A stretch of DNA of 62,600 bases, filler included. It is 6 parts of 6 records of this genome, joined end to end, with 100 filler letters (N's around TTAATTAATTAA, not from the genome) between each part and the next. Parts side by side here need not be neighbours in the genome. Positions count along the whole stretch, not along the records: positions 26,948 to 33,009 come from SRR20825010_5119; positions 33,110 to 47,281 come from SRR20825010_5120; 4 more parts are not named here. The stretch is one strand, 5' to 3'. Positions 27,821 to 37,993 of this stretch are shown in pieces. Within the stretch, counting starts at the first letter, position 1; each line of letters opens with the position of its first letter. A program made the position numbers and the translations under genes. A model generated the notes under the pieces. The model ran no database searches and was not told where the DNA came from. It was given only the letters and a program-made list of their open reading frames with translations.

Positions 27821-29797
27821 CTACCGCGCGTCCGCGTCCGCGACCGCCACGACCGCAACCCCCGAAGGCTCCAGCACACGCGCGCCCAGCTGCGGCGCCC
27901 CGCTCCAGCCCAGCTCCGCCAGGTCGAAACTCGTCTCGCCGTAATTGAACGCGAACACATGCCCGCCGTGCCGCCTGAGCCGCACGCCGTCGGGGAGATC
28001 CCTGGTCTTCAGGCCGACGTCGACCGCCATGCGCTGCAGGACGGTGCGCATCAGCTCCTGGTCGGGCCAGCCGCCGAGATAGTGGAGGTTGCCCTGTTTG
28101 ACGAGCGCCGGCATGCCATCCTCGGCTATCAGGACCGTCCCGGTGTCGGCGCCAACCTCCAGGTATTCGCGCCAGAACTGGAACGTGCCGCCGCCGTTGA
28201 CCGGCACCGGCGTATCCGCACGCAACGTTTCGATCCGGGTGACCCGTACCCCGAGTACATCATCCGGCAGGGCTGGCGGCAGGATCTCCGGAATGGCGAA
28301 ATCCGCCGTCTTCGAGCCGGATCGAGGGCCGATCAGCGCATGTCCGTCATGCGCCTTGATCGCGCCAAGCAGGGCCGGCGTCCAGGTAAACAGGCCGGGG
28401 ATCACCACCAGCCGGTAGCCCTCAAGACTCAGCGTATCGGCCGGAACGAAGTCCACCGACAGGCCCAGCCGCCGCAGCGTGCGGTAGAAGTCGAACACCA
28501 GCCGGAAATAGTCGAACTCGCGGCCCTGCGGCTGGATCTCCCAAGCCCAGGCTGACGCGTAATCGAAGACGATCGCCACGTCGGCGCGCCCGGCCGTGTC
28601 GTCAAGCTCGCCGTCCAGTTCGCCCAGCTCCTTTGCCACCTGCGCCGCCTCGAAATAACCCTCGGCCTCGATCGAGTCCGGCCTGAGCAAGCCCGCATGC
28701 ATCTGTTCTTGCGCGAAGGGCGCCTGGCGCCAGCGGAAATAGCTCACCGTTTCCGCGCCGTGGGCAAAGGCCTCCCAGCTCCACAGCCGCACCATGCCAT
28801 CGCGCGGCGCGGGATTGTGCGGCGCCCAGTTCACCGGTCCGGGCTGCTGTTCCATCACCCACCATCGGCCCTTCGAGGTGGCGCGGTAAAGATCGTGGTG
28901 GAAGGCCTGGAAGTCGGGATCGCCGGCGCGGGCGAACCGCCGCTTCCAGTCATCATTCTGGTCCGAACGGTCTTCGAGAAAACCGAGCGGATAGGAATCC
29001 CAGCTCGATATGTCGAGATCGGCACCGACCGCGAAATGATCGAAGGCCAGCGTCCGACCCATGAAATTGTGGATCACATCCCGGCCCGGCGAATGCGCCC
29101 GGATGATGTCGGCCTGCGCCTTGTTGAAGCGGACCACCATGTCCGAGGCATAGCGGCGGAAGTCCATCACATGCGCCGGATTGGCCTCGGTCACCGTCAG
29201 GTTCGGCAGCTCCACTTCGGAAAACTCGGATATCTCCATCGACCAGAAGACATTGCCCCAGGCACGGTTGAGCGCATCGGGGGACTGGTATTTCCGTTGC
29301 AGCCATTGCTGGAACCCGGCGCGTGCCGCGGTGGAATAGGACAGCGTGGTGTTGTGGCAATCATACTCGTTGTCGGTTTGCCAGGCGGCAAGGCCGGGAT
29401 GTTCGCCGAACTCTCTGGCCAGCATGAGCGTGATGCGCTTGCATTCTTCCAGGTAACCGTCATGGGAAAAATCATAGTGACGGCGCGAGCCGAACCGGCG
29501 AACCGCGCCATCCGCGCCGACCGGCAGCATGTCCGGCATCTCATCAACCAGCCACTTCGGCGGCGTGGCGGTCGGTGTCCCGAGAACCACCTTCAGACCG
29601 GCGCCATGCAACGTGTCGATGGCGCGGCGCAACCAGTCGAAATCATAGGAGCCGCGTTTGGGCTCAAGCCGCGACCAGGAAAACTCGCCGATCCGCACAT
29701 GAGTGAGGCCGAGTTCGGCCATGCGCGCGGCATCTTCCGCCCATTGGGTTTCCGGCCAGTGTTCCGGGTAATAACAGACACCGAGCGTACGGTTCAT
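27821..29797 (-). CDS. Beta-galactosidase, GH42
   Basis: GVCYYPEHW, LGTPTATPPKWL, WQTDNEY, VMEQQPGPVNW and EQMHAGLL motifs. Confidence 0.95.
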   Translation of the reverse strand: MNRTLGVCYYPEHWPETQWAEDAARMAELGLTHVRIGEFSWSRLEPKRGSYDFDWLRRAIDTLHGAGLKVVLGTPTATPPKWLVDEMPDMLPVGADGAVRRFGSRRHYDFSHDGYLEECKRITLMLAREFGEHPGLAAWQTDNEYDCHNTTLSYSTAARAGFQQWLQRKYQSPDALNRAWGNVFWSMEISEFSEVELPNLTVTEANPAHVMDFRRYASDMVVRFNKAQADIIRAHSPGRDVIHNFMGRTLAFDHFAVGADLDISSWDSYPLGFLEDRSDQNDDWKRRFARAGDPDFQAFHHDLYRATSKGRWWVMEQQPGPVNWAPHNPAPRDGMVRLWSWEAFAHGAETVSYFRWRQAPFAQEQMHAGLLRPDSIEAEGYFEAAQVAKELGELDGELDDTAGRADVAIVFDYASAWAWEIQPQGREFDYFRLVFDFYRTLRRLGLSVDFVPADTLSLEGYRLVVIPGLFTWTPALLGAIKAHDGHALIGPRSGSKTADFAIPEILPPALPDDVLGVRVTRIETLRADTPVPVNGGGTFQFWREYLEVGADTGTVLIAEDGMPALVKQGNLHYLGGWPDQELMRTVLQRMAVDVGLKTRDLPDGVRLRRHGGHVFAFNYGETSFDLAELGWSGAPQLGARVLEPSGVAVVAVADADAR

Positions 29798-29818
29798 TTG
29801 AGCAGGCTCCAGGTGAGG

Positions 29819-30709
29819 TCAGAGAATGTAGTCGGGCTCGAACCGGCCCTTGACCGGATGATCAAGCAGGAAGGTCGATCCCGCCTCGGGGTCGGCGGCA
29901 AGCGCTTCGACCGACAGGCCTTCACGCGCTGACGTCACCAGCAGCCGGTCTGCCTCGGGACCGACGAAAGCCGGGCAGCTCGATTGGCTTGCGGGCACTT
30001 TCAGCGAGAGCATCCGCTCACCATCCGCGGAGTATCCGTCGATGGATCCTGCGCCCCACCTTGCGTTCCAGATCATCCCGTCGCGGTCGCACACCGCGCC
30101 ATCGATCCCGCCGTCGCCGCCGCGGTGATCGAAGAAGATCTCGGGCGAACCGGTGGGAAGGGCGGTTGCCGGGTCAATGGCCACGCGCATCAGCTTGCCC
30201 AACATCGTGTCGGTGAAATAGGCGATTGCACCATCGGGCGAGAAGCAGATCGCGTTGGGAATGGTGATGCCGGAAAACAGCGTGGTCACCTTGCCGCGCG
30301 CGACATGGTAGATCGCGCCGGCGTGTTTCTCGGCATTCTTGCCCATGGTGCCGAACCACAAGGCGCCGCAGGGATGAACCCGTCCGTCGTTGGATCGGGT
30401 TATCCCGTTGTCCGCCTCGATCGGGGTTATCAGCTCCAGTTCGCCGGTCGATCTATGGCGCAGGTGCAGGCCGGTCTCGGTGGTAATCACCTGCCGGTCA
30501 TCATCGACGCGCGCCAGAACGCTGCCCATCACCGGCAAGTCGTGGACTTTAACGGCATCGGTGGCGAGTTCGTACTGATAGAGCTTCCGCCCGAGGATAT
30601 CGAACCACCAGGCCGTGCCGGTGTGCGGATCGTAGGTCGGCCCCTCACCCAGCGTGCAGGCTGGGACATTCAGTTTGTGCCCCGAGAAGGCGATCGTTTC
30701 GGTCTTCAT
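29819..30709 (-). CDS. SMP-30/gluconolactonase family protein (probable galactonolactonase)
   Basis: LGEGP, RSNDGRV, IPNAICFSPDG and DG motifs; operon context. Confidence 0.9.
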   Translation of the reverse strand: MKTETIAFSGHKLNVPACTLGEGPTYDPHTGTAWWFDILGRKLYQYELATDAVKVHDLPVMGSVLARVDDDRQVITTETGLHLRHRSTGELELITPIEADNGITRSNDGRVHPCGALWFGTMGKNAEKHAGAIYHVARGKVTTLFSGITIPNAICFSPDGAIAYFTDTMLGKLMRVAIDPATALPTGSPEIFFDHRGGDGGIDGAVCDRDGMIWNARWGAGSIDGYSADGERMLSLKVPASQSSCPAFVGPEADRLLVTSAREGLSVEALAADPEAGSTFLLDHPVKGRFEPDYIL

Positions 30710-31344
30710 GATCCATCCTTTTCGAGCGCATCGAAGGCTGCGATGGCAGCAGCGCCCCTGCGCGCAACTTCTTCCGCCGACATCCCGGCCTTGTAGAGGC
30801 TGGAGCCGAGCCCGAAGGTTCGTACGCCGACCTTGGCATAGGCGGCGAAATCGTCGTTGGATACGCCGCCCACCGCACCCACCGGCACGTCCTTTGGCAG
30901 CACCGCGCGGATGGCGCTGATCCCCGAGGGACCCAGGACGCTGGCCGGAAAGAACTTCAGCGCCGAGGCGCCCGCGGCACAGGCTGCCAGTGCCTCGGTC
31001 GGTGTGAACACGCCGGGCATGGTCACCATGCCGTGCGACGCTGCCTGGGCGATCACCTCCCGGTCGACATTGGGGCTGACCATCAATCGCCCGCCGACGC
31101 CGGCGAGCCGGTCGACATCCTCCACCGACAAGACCGTGCCGGCGCCGATCAGCACCTCTTTCGGCGCGCGCTTGACCGCGATCTCGATAGACCGGAACGG
31201 GTCGGGCGAATTGAGCGGGATCTCGATGGCCGTGAAACCGACCTCGATGAGGCCGTCGACGATAGCGGCGGTTTCATCGGGCTTGATGCCGCGCAGGATC
31301 GCCACCAGGCTGCGTGTCATGGAAGGAAACTTGATCCGCATCAT
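30706..31344 (-). CDS. dgoA: 2-dehydro-3-deoxy-6-phosphogalactonate aldolase
   Basis: LVAILRG, IEIPLNSP, GAGTVL and LKFFPA motifs. Confidence 0.92.
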   Translation of the reverse strand: MMRIKFPSMTRSLVAILRGIKPDETAAIVDGLIEVGFTAIEIPLNSPDPFRSIEIAVKRAPKEVLIGAGTVLSVEDVDRLAGVGGRLMVSPNVDREVIAQAASHGMVTMPGVFTPTEALAACAAGASALKFFPASVLGPSGISAIRAVLPKDVPVGAVGGVSNDDFAAYAKVGVRTFGLGSSLYKAGMSAEEVARRGAAAIAAFDALEKDGS

Positions 31345-32273
31345 GGGCGTTGCATATCCCCGTTGGTGTTGGAAAAGCGCTGCCAGGATTCCAGCAGCCC
31401 GCGGCGCACGGCAACGTCAGCGTCGATGTTGCGAACCTTTACGCCGCATTCGGCCAAGGCCGCGTGATAGAGCCGCTGTAGCAGGCCGCTCGCCACGAGG
31501 CCGATTTGTTCATCGCCCCGGATGCCGGCGCCGGCAAACTCCGCGCCGATCAGCAGACCCGACAGCCGTGCCCGGTTTTCTTCCGCCGGGTGACCGTAGA
31601 GCAATTGTCCTGCCCGGATAGAGAAAAGGTGATGCGTGGTCTTAGCCGGCTGGGTCCAGCCGTCGCGGACCCCGGTCAGAAATGCCGGGTCATTGGCACT
31701 GACGCTGCCATCGCCACCGGTGGAATGCTTGAGGATCGTCTGGCCGCTGATGACGGAGAACAACTCTCCCGTCATGAAGGTTTCGAACCCGGTGACGGTC
31801 GGCCCGTTCATGCTGACCCATTTGGAATGAGTCCCCGGCATGCAGTAGCGCTCGCCGCCGGGCATGTCGAAATGCGCGCCGAGCAATTGCGTTTCCTCGC
31901 CCCGCATCACGTCGGGTTCGGCTTCCGAGCGCACCGCCAGACCCGGAATGATGATGATCCTGCGCGCCGTGCCGGGCACGATGGTCGCCGTCTCGCCGAT
32001 GGTGGTGACATCGGCCGGCGTGTCGATATAACCGGCTTCGACCCAGCCCTGCCGCGACCCGGCCATGCCGCAGATGACGACGGGCAGATGCTCCGGCGCC
32101 GCCAGCGCTTCGAGATGGCTTTCCAGAACTGTCTCGAACCCGCGCCCGGCGACTTCGCTCATGCCCTCGTGGCTGCGGTGCTCAGTCAGCACCGTTCCGT
32201 CCGCCGACATCAGCCAGAGCCGGAAGCTCGACGTTCCCCAGTCGACGGCAACGAGGGCGGGTGTCGTGCTCAC
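31341..32273 (-). CDS. dgoK: 2-dehydro-3-deoxygalactonokinase
   Basis: VDWGTSS, GMAGSRQGW, DVMRGEETQ and PGTHSKW motifs; GTG start overlaps the SDR stop. Confidence 0.93.
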   Translation of the reverse strand: MSTTPALVAVDWGTSSFRLWLMSADGTVLTEHRSHEGMSEVAGRGFETVLESHLEALAAPEHLPVVICGMAGSRQGWVEAGYIDTPADVTTIGETATIVPGTARRIIIIPGLAVRSEAEPDVMRGEETQLLGAHFDMPGGERYCMPGTHSKWVSMNGPTVTGFETFMTGELFSVISGQTILKHSTGGDGSVSANDPAFLTGVRDGWTQPAKTTHHLFSIRAGQLLYGHPAEENRARLSGLLIGAEFAGAGIRGDEQIGLVASGLLQRLYHAALAECGVKVRNIDADVAVRRGLLESWQRFSNTNGDMQRP

Positions 32274-33009
32274 ATCATGCCTCCGTCGGCGATCAGGACC
32301 TGTGCGGTGATCATCGCCGAGGCGCTGGACGCCAGGAACAGGCAGGGCCCGACCATGTCTTCCGGTTCGATCGGCCGCTTCAGGCACTGCCGGTCGATCA
32401 TCGCGGCAAGGCCTTCCTCGGTGACCCAGAGCTGCTTCTGCCGTTCCGTCATCACCCAGCCCGGCGCGATGGCGTTGACGCGGATGCCATCCGGGCCAAG
32501 CCGCCCGGCGACACCCTTGGTCAGCCCGACGATCCCCGCCTTGGCGGCCGTGTAGGCCGGCATCGAGCCGATGTTGAGCATGTAGGACGTCGAGGTGAAA
32601 TTGACGATCGCGCCGCCGCCTGCCGCGATCATGCCCGGCGCAACCGCCTTGGCGGTGAACGCCACTGGCCTGAGGTTGATCGCCTGGTTGGCGTCCCAGT
32701 ACTCGCCGCTCATCTCGAGAAACTCGTGCCGGTCGTCGAGCGCTGCATTGTTGATGAGCACCCTGGCTGCACCGTGTGCGGCTTCGGCCTGCGCAACCGC
32801 CTGACTGATAGCCTCGAGATCCTTGAGATCTGCATGAATGAACAGGGGCGTATGCCGGCTTGTGCCCGCCAGACGGTCGGCAAGCGCCCGGCTCGGCGCC
32901 TCTGCGATGTCGATGAACGCCACCCTGGCGCCCTGGGCCGCAAAGCCTTCGGTCAGGGCCGCGCCGATGCCGCTGCCGCCGCCGGTGATCAGCACTGCCT
33001 TGTCCTTGA
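32270..33009 (-). CDS. SDR oxidoreductase, probable galactose/pentose 1-dehydrogenase (5' end cut by contig break)
   Basis: TGGGSGIG, NNAALDDRH, YTAAK and PGWVMTERQ motifs; upstream of dgoK. Confidence 0.85.
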
Positions 33010-33109
33010 NNNNNNNNNNNNNNNNNNNNNNNNNNNNNNNNNNNNNNNNNNNNTTAATTAATTAANNNNNNNNNNNNNNNNNNNNNNNNNNNNNNNNNNN
33101 NNNNNNNNN
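33010..33109. other. Artificial contig spacer
   Basis: N44-TTAATTAATTAA-N44. Confidence 0.99.
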
Positions 33110-33222
33110 ATGGATTCATTATAGGTAGATTGTGTGTAAAGCTATATGTACGTTACATTTCCGGTTTGATTCACCGAAAGTGCCATCAGGCCACAAGATT
33201 AACCACGGCAGAGAACACTCCT

Positions 33223-33639
33223 ATGCGGTACCTGCAAACCTTTAACCGTCGCCTGCGGCAGATTCGGGAAACCGGGCAGTTGTCGTGCGGGGACGTGGCA
33301 GAAATGTGCGGAGTGGACGAGGCGCGGGTGGTGAGTTGGGAATCGACTGATGCGAGGCAGCGGGCATGGCCGGGTGTCACCGAGTTACTGGATTTTTGCC
33401 TGAAGACGGAAACCCCACTGGAAGACCTGCTGGATCTGGACGACGCCGGGGACACCGGCCAGTTGGAGTTGCCAGGCCTGGCGTTCAGCCAGGGCGATGA
33501 CCTGTCAACGGCCCTAAAAGAACTGGAGCGTGAAATCAGCCGGATTCAACTTTCAGAGGAGGAAATGGAACTGCTGCGCCGGTTCCGGAAAACCTCCGGC
33601 GAAAACCGGCGCATGATCCTGCAAATCCTCGGCAAATAG
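33223..33639 (+). CDS. XRE-family HTH protein
   Basis: RLRQIRE...VAEMCGV...VVSWE HTH and a C-terminal LSEEEMELLRRFR helix. Confidence 0.75.
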   Translation: MRYLQTFNRRLRQIRETGQLSCGDVAEMCGVDEARVVSWESTDARQRAWPGVTELLDFCLKTETPLEDLLDLDDAGDTGQLELPGLAFSQGDDLSTALKELEREISRIQLSEEEMELLRRFRKTSGENRRMILQILGK

Positions 33640-33643
33640 GCGC

Positions 33644-34480
33644 CTATTTACCTTTCTTGTAGATGTTTTCGTAAACGTAGTTGGTTGCTTCCACAAACCC
33701 GTCAATACTGCCGCAATCAAACCGGCGGCCCTTGAATTTATACGCCAGCACACAGCCGTTCTTCGCCTGTTCCAGCAGCGCATCCGTTATCTGAACTTCA
33801 CCGTTCTTGCCGGGCGCCGTGCGCTCGATGATGTCAAAAATATCGGGCGTGAGGATATAGCGACCGATAATCGCAAGGTTGCTGGGGGCGTTCTCCGGCG
33901 ATGGTTTTTCGACCATGTCGGTGATGCGATAGAGGCCGTCTTTCATCGACTCGCCCGCTATGACGCCATATTTGTGGGTCTCGTCTTCCGGTACTTCCTC
34001 AATGGCAACGATGGAGCAGCGGAACTGGTTGTAAAGTTTAACCATCTGGGCGAGTACGCCTTCTTCGGCGCCGTCAGCCACACAGAAGTCGTCCGCCAGT
34101 ACAACCGCGAATGGGTTGTCGCCAACAAGGTTGCGACCGGTGAGAATGGCGTGACCGAGACCTTTCATTTCGTTCTGGCGGGTAAAGGCGAACGAGTTAT
34201 TGTCGATCAGCTCCCGGATGGAGGTAAGCAGATCTTCCTTGCCCGAGCCGGCAATCTGGTGCTCAAGCTCATAGCTGATGTCGAAGTGATCCTCGATGGC
34301 CCTTTTGCCACGACCGGTAACGAAACCGAACTCGTGAACCCCCGCTTCTGCAGCTTCCTCCACACCGTATTGCACAAGGGGTTTGTTCACAATGGGCAGG
34401 ATTTCCTTGGGCATGGCTTTGGTGGCTGGCAGGAAGCGGGTGCCGTAGCCGGCAACAGGGAAGAGACACTTCTTGATCAT
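33644..34480 (-). CDS. galU: UTP--glucose-1-phosphate uridylyltransferase
   Basis: PVAGYGTRFLPATKAMPKE, GLGHA and VEKP motifs. Confidence 0.96.
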   Translation of the reverse strand: MIKKCLFPVAGYGTRFLPATKAMPKEILPIVNKPLVQYGVEEAAEAGVHEFGFVTGRGKRAIEDHFDISYELEHQIAGSGKEDLLTSIRELIDNNSFAFTRQNEMKGLGHAILTGRNLVGDNPFAVVLADDFCVADGAEEGVLAQMVKLYNQFRCSIVAIEEVPEDETHKYGVIAGESMKDGLYRITDMVEKPSPENAPSNLAIIGRYILTPDIFDIIERTAPGKNGEVQITDALLEQAKNGCVLAYKFKGRRFDCGSIDGFVEATNYVYENIYKKGK

Positions 34481-34845
34481 AACGTTCGTCCTTATTTCGT
34501 TTCGGTCACGGCCTGTTTGAAGTCAGTCGTCCGTGTAGGCTGACTCACGAATTGTGCCAAGTGTAACCAAGTTAGTGACCCAAATGGAGGCCTCGGTAGC
34601 GAAATGTAGAATTTGGTAATAAGTGGCACCAGTTCTCAATACCTCCGGCCTGTTGAAATCTATAGAAAAAACTTTCAGAGGTCTTTGTAATCATCTGTTT
34701 TCTATGAAGATTAACTTTGTAAATTTTGGCAACCAGTGATGGATTTAAGGGCGTTAATGCAATACATTCCGCAGTGACGATTTTTTAAGAATAACCGGTA
34801 TTCGCAGCGACAGGCGGCCGGCGCTCACTGGCAGGATCAGAAACA

Positions 34846-36021
34846 TTGAGACATTCCCTGTTGTTCGCACTGATTTGGTGCGTTCTCAGCCAACCTTTGT
34901 ACGCGGAATCATCGGGTTCCTGGTTGCGTAATGGCTGGAAACCCTACGCCGATAATTTTGAGGGCACCGTGAATGCGTTCCGCGATGAGCGTGAACACTG
35001 GCTAAGATCCCGATTGAAGTTTTCCGGCAAAACCTCCCTGAACAGCGACGGAATGGACGGGGACATCGGTGTGTCTGCTGACAGCCTGGTCGGTAGCAGC
35101 GATGCAATCGGGTTTCATTATCGCGATGCCCGGTCCCACAAGAACCGCTCGGACGTCAACGCCACCTCGTTTCGCTACCGCTTTCCGGCCGGCGCCAACC
35201 AAGTAACCGTGGAAACCGGAAGTTCTTACTACAGCCACGCCGTTACCAGTGGTGACAGGCGCTACAATGCCAGTGGCGAATCCAGTGTTGTGGGTGTCGG
35301 GGCCAGTCGGCCGCTGTTTTCACGGTTTGGTCTGGCGTTTGATGGTGTTGCCCACCATACCGGTCGAGACAGTCGCGCTATGGAGAAGGGGAGCCTGGTA
35401 TCGGAGAGCCGCTACGAGTTGTCCTCAGTCGGTCTCAAGGCGCAGGGCGGTCATGAGCTTTGGGATGGTTTGCAGGCCAGCACCGGTCTTCTGGCGGTGA
35501 GCGGTCGCGAGTACAGTTCGACCGATTATCGGTTGCAGGACGATGTTGGTCGCGAAGACGCCTTCTATAAAGTGGCGATGTCCGCTTCGCTGGAACAGGA
35601 GCTCTATCGGTGGCGCTGGCGGATTCACGGACGCTACCAGTTCGCTGATGAAGATCTTCCGGTGTCGGAGTATCTGACCGTCGCAGGCCCCTCCATGATC
35701 GCCGGTTTTAACGGGCAATCCGTATCGGTTGTTCGGGGTGGCTGGTTGCGCCTGGATACCGCCAGCCCCTCCTGGCAGATGCCGTTTATGGACGGTGTGC
35801 TTTCCAGCGTGAATTTTGCGGTGTTGCACGGCTGGGTTCCATACTCTGAGACCCAGTCCGACCGCCACGGCCGGGCCTCTGCTGGCCAGGTGTCGTTGAA
35901 GTTCGAGGGCCGGGCTTTCACAGCGAATGTCAGCGTCGGCCGTATGATTCGTGCTTCCACGATGGCCATGACGATGCCCGAACGCCCGGACGTTCGGTTT
36001 TCCCTCACCATGGGTATCTGA
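34846..36021 (+). CDS. Outer-membrane beta-barrel, ShlB/FhaC (TpsB)-like but short
   Basis: Signal peptide and alternating amphipathic strands. QFADEDLPVSEYLTVAGPSMIAGF resembles TpsB loop 6. Confidence 0.6.
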   Translation: MRHSLLFALIWCVLSQPLYAESSGSWLRNGWKPYADNFEGTVNAFRDEREHWLRSRLKFSGKTSLNSDGMDGDIGVSADSLVGSSDAIGFHYRDARSHKNRSDVNATSFRYRFPAGANQVTVETGSSYYSHAVTSGDRRYNASGESSVVGVGASRPLFSRFGLAFDGVAHHTGRDSRAMEKGSLVSESRYELSSVGLKAQGGHELWDGLQASTGLLAVSGREYSSTDYRLQDDVGREDAFYKVAMSASLEQELYRWRWRIHGRYQFADEDLPVSEYLTVAGPSMIAGFNGQSVSVVRGGWLRLDTASPSWQMPFMDGVLSSVNFAVLHGWVPYSETQSDRHGRASAGQVSLKFEGRAFTANVSVGRMIRASTMAMTMPERPDVRFSLTMGI

Positions 36022-36166
36022 TTGCTTACTAACGACGTTCTAGCTCCCTCCTGAAGCCTCTCGGGCCCCCTGCGGCCAACCTGCCTTACGAAGATGTCAC
36101 TTGAGACGGCGCCGGTCGCAAGTGCTACATTAAAAAGTCGATGGACATTTTCGAGGTAGGAGCTAC

Positions 36167-37720
36167 ATGCATTCAGGGAAACGATGGCTGATCGGCCTGA
36201 TATTGCCGGGGCTGCTCTACGCCCATGCGGCGGGGGCGCTTGAGTTCAGGGAAATAGTGGACAAGGCCAAAGCAAGGGCTGAAGGTGAGTATCAGCCACC
36301 ACCTTCGGTGCCCGGCTTTCTCAGGAACCTGAGCTACCGAGCCTACCAATCCATCCGCTTCAATCCACAAGCCAGCCTTTGGCGGGAAGGGCGCTCCCGT
36401 TTCCAGGTGATGATGGTGCCACCGGGGAGCTATTACACCCACACCGTCAAGTTGAATGAAGTGGATGCCGACGGTGTAAAACCCATCCCGTTTGATAAAT
36501 CCGGGTTCAGCTTCCCGGACCCGGAACTCGCCAAAAGGGTTCCCGCGGACCTGGGCTATGCGGGCTTCAAACTCACGTACCCGATGGGCCGTGGCGACGA
36601 ACAGAATCAATTTCTGGTCTTCGCCGGCGCAAGCTACTTCCGGGGCGTGGGTGCCGACAATCACTTTGGCCTGTCGGCGCGGGGTATAGCGATAGACACC
36701 GGACTGCCCTCCGGAGAGGAGGTGCCATCGTTTGTTGAATTCTGGCTTGAACGGCCGGGAGGTGGCAGTGAACGTATGCGGGTTTACGGCCTGTTGGACG
36801 GCCCTAGCGTCGCCGGTGCCTACCGTTTCGATATCCAGCCTGGCAAAACCACACGTATCGATGTCACTGCTGAGTTGTTCTACCGCAACCCGGTGGATCA
36901 ACCGGGCCTGGCGCCACTGACGTCGATGTTCTACTACGGCGAAAATACTGCCAGGCCCCGGGGTGAATGGCGGCCCCAGGTGCACGACTCAAGCGGACTG
37001 CTGATTCATGACCAGGGCGCGGGCGAATGGTTGTGGCGCCCTCTGACGAACCCATCGCGCCTCCGGCTAAGCTACCTTCAGGTTGATCGCCTGGCTGGCT
37101 TCGGTTTGATGCAGCGGGATACCCAGTTTGACCAGTTTGAGGATGCCGAGGCTCGATATGACAAACGGCCCAGTGCGTGGGTTGCGCCAAGGCAGGGATG
37201 GTCGAACGGCGAGGTCGTGCTGGTTGAAATCCCCACCAACGCGGAAACCAACGACAACATTGTTGCCTTCTGGAAACCGAAGGAGCCAGTAAAGCAGGGT
37301 GACCATCGGGCGTTTGCCTACAGCCTTCGTTTTGGCGACAAGGACGTATCCGGGCAGGACACCGGGCGTGCGCTGCAAACGTTTGTTGGAGATGGCAATC
37401 GTCCCGGAGGCGGCACGGAAGAGGGGGCCTACCGAATCATTGTTGATTTTGCAGGAGGGCCGCTGGACGATCTCAAGCCTAATGCAGCCATCGTCAGCAA
37501 GGTCAGTGAGGGCAGCGGAAACAGCGATGCCGTTGAGATCATAGAGCATTTCGTTGAGTACGTTGAGGCGGATGGCACCTGGCGACTGTCGATGCTGGTG
37601 CGCCCCGTCGGTGAAAAGGCTCCGGTGCTCCGAGGACAACTCCTGCTTGATAATGAGCCACTGACCGAGACCTGGACCTATTCCATCGGCCCCGATTCCG
37701 GGCTTGGTCAGAAACAGTAG
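36167..37720 (+). CDS. opgG: Periplasmic glucan biosynthesis protein G
   Basis: Sec signal; GASYFR, GLSARGIAIDT, APLTSMF, NDNIVAFW and ETWTY motifs; precedes opgH. Confidence 0.9.
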   Translation: MHSGKRWLIGLILPGLLYAHAAGALEFREIVDKAKARAEGEYQPPPSVPGFLRNLSYRAYQSIRFNPQASLWREGRSRFQVMMVPPGSYYTHTVKLNEVDADGVKPIPFDKSGFSFPDPELAKRVPADLGYAGFKLTYPMGRGDEQNQFLVFAGASYFRGVGADNHFGLSARGIAIDTGLPSGEEVPSFVEFWLERPGGGSERMRVYGLLDGPSVAGAYRFDIQPGKTTRIDVTAELFYRNPVDQPGLAPLTSMFYYGENTARPRGEWRPQVHDSSGLLIHDQGAGEWLWRPLTNPSRLRLSYLQVDRLAGFGLMQRDTQFDQFEDAEARYDKRPSAWVAPRQGWSNGEVVLVEIPTNAETNDNIVAFWKPKEPVKQGDHRAFAYSLRFGDKDVSGQDTGRALQTFVGDGNRPGGGTEEGAYRIIVDFAGGPLDDLKPNAAIVSKVSEGSGNSDAVEIIEHFVEYVEADGTWRLSMLVRPVGEKAPVLRGQLLLDNEPLTETWTYSIGPDSGLGQKQ

Positions 37721-37735
37721 AGCGGAGATTTGTTC

Positions 37736-37993
37736 ATGCCGGAAACCTTATGCCAGCAGGCGATCGAGAGGGTCATGACCTATCTGCGCGACGATGGCGT
37801 GGAACTGGACGCCGAAACCTGTCGACAGGTGTTGCGTTTGGTTGACGGTGCCATGACAGAAGGTGATGGGCCAGACTTGCCCGCCCGGTGTATTGAGCTC
37901 GTGCCGGACTACTTCAACCTGCCGGGAATGGACATCCCGGCGCCCATTCCACCCCTCATGCGCGGCCACCTGGGGTACTACCCCCATGACTGA
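37736..37993 (+). CDS. Small hypothetical protein in the opg operon
   Basis: ATG 8 nt after GGAG; overlaps the opgH start by 8 bp. Confidence 0.7.
   Translation: MPETLCQQAIERVMTYLRDDGVELDAETCRQVLRLVDGAMTEGDGPDLPARCIELVPDYFNLPGMDIPAPIPPLMRGHLGYYPHD

Noticed and set aside
28697-29932. 411-aa + strand ORF and similar long antisense ORFs (6543-7748, 31506-32555)
   Set aside because: Each lies opposite a well-supported gene and has no recognisable domain.
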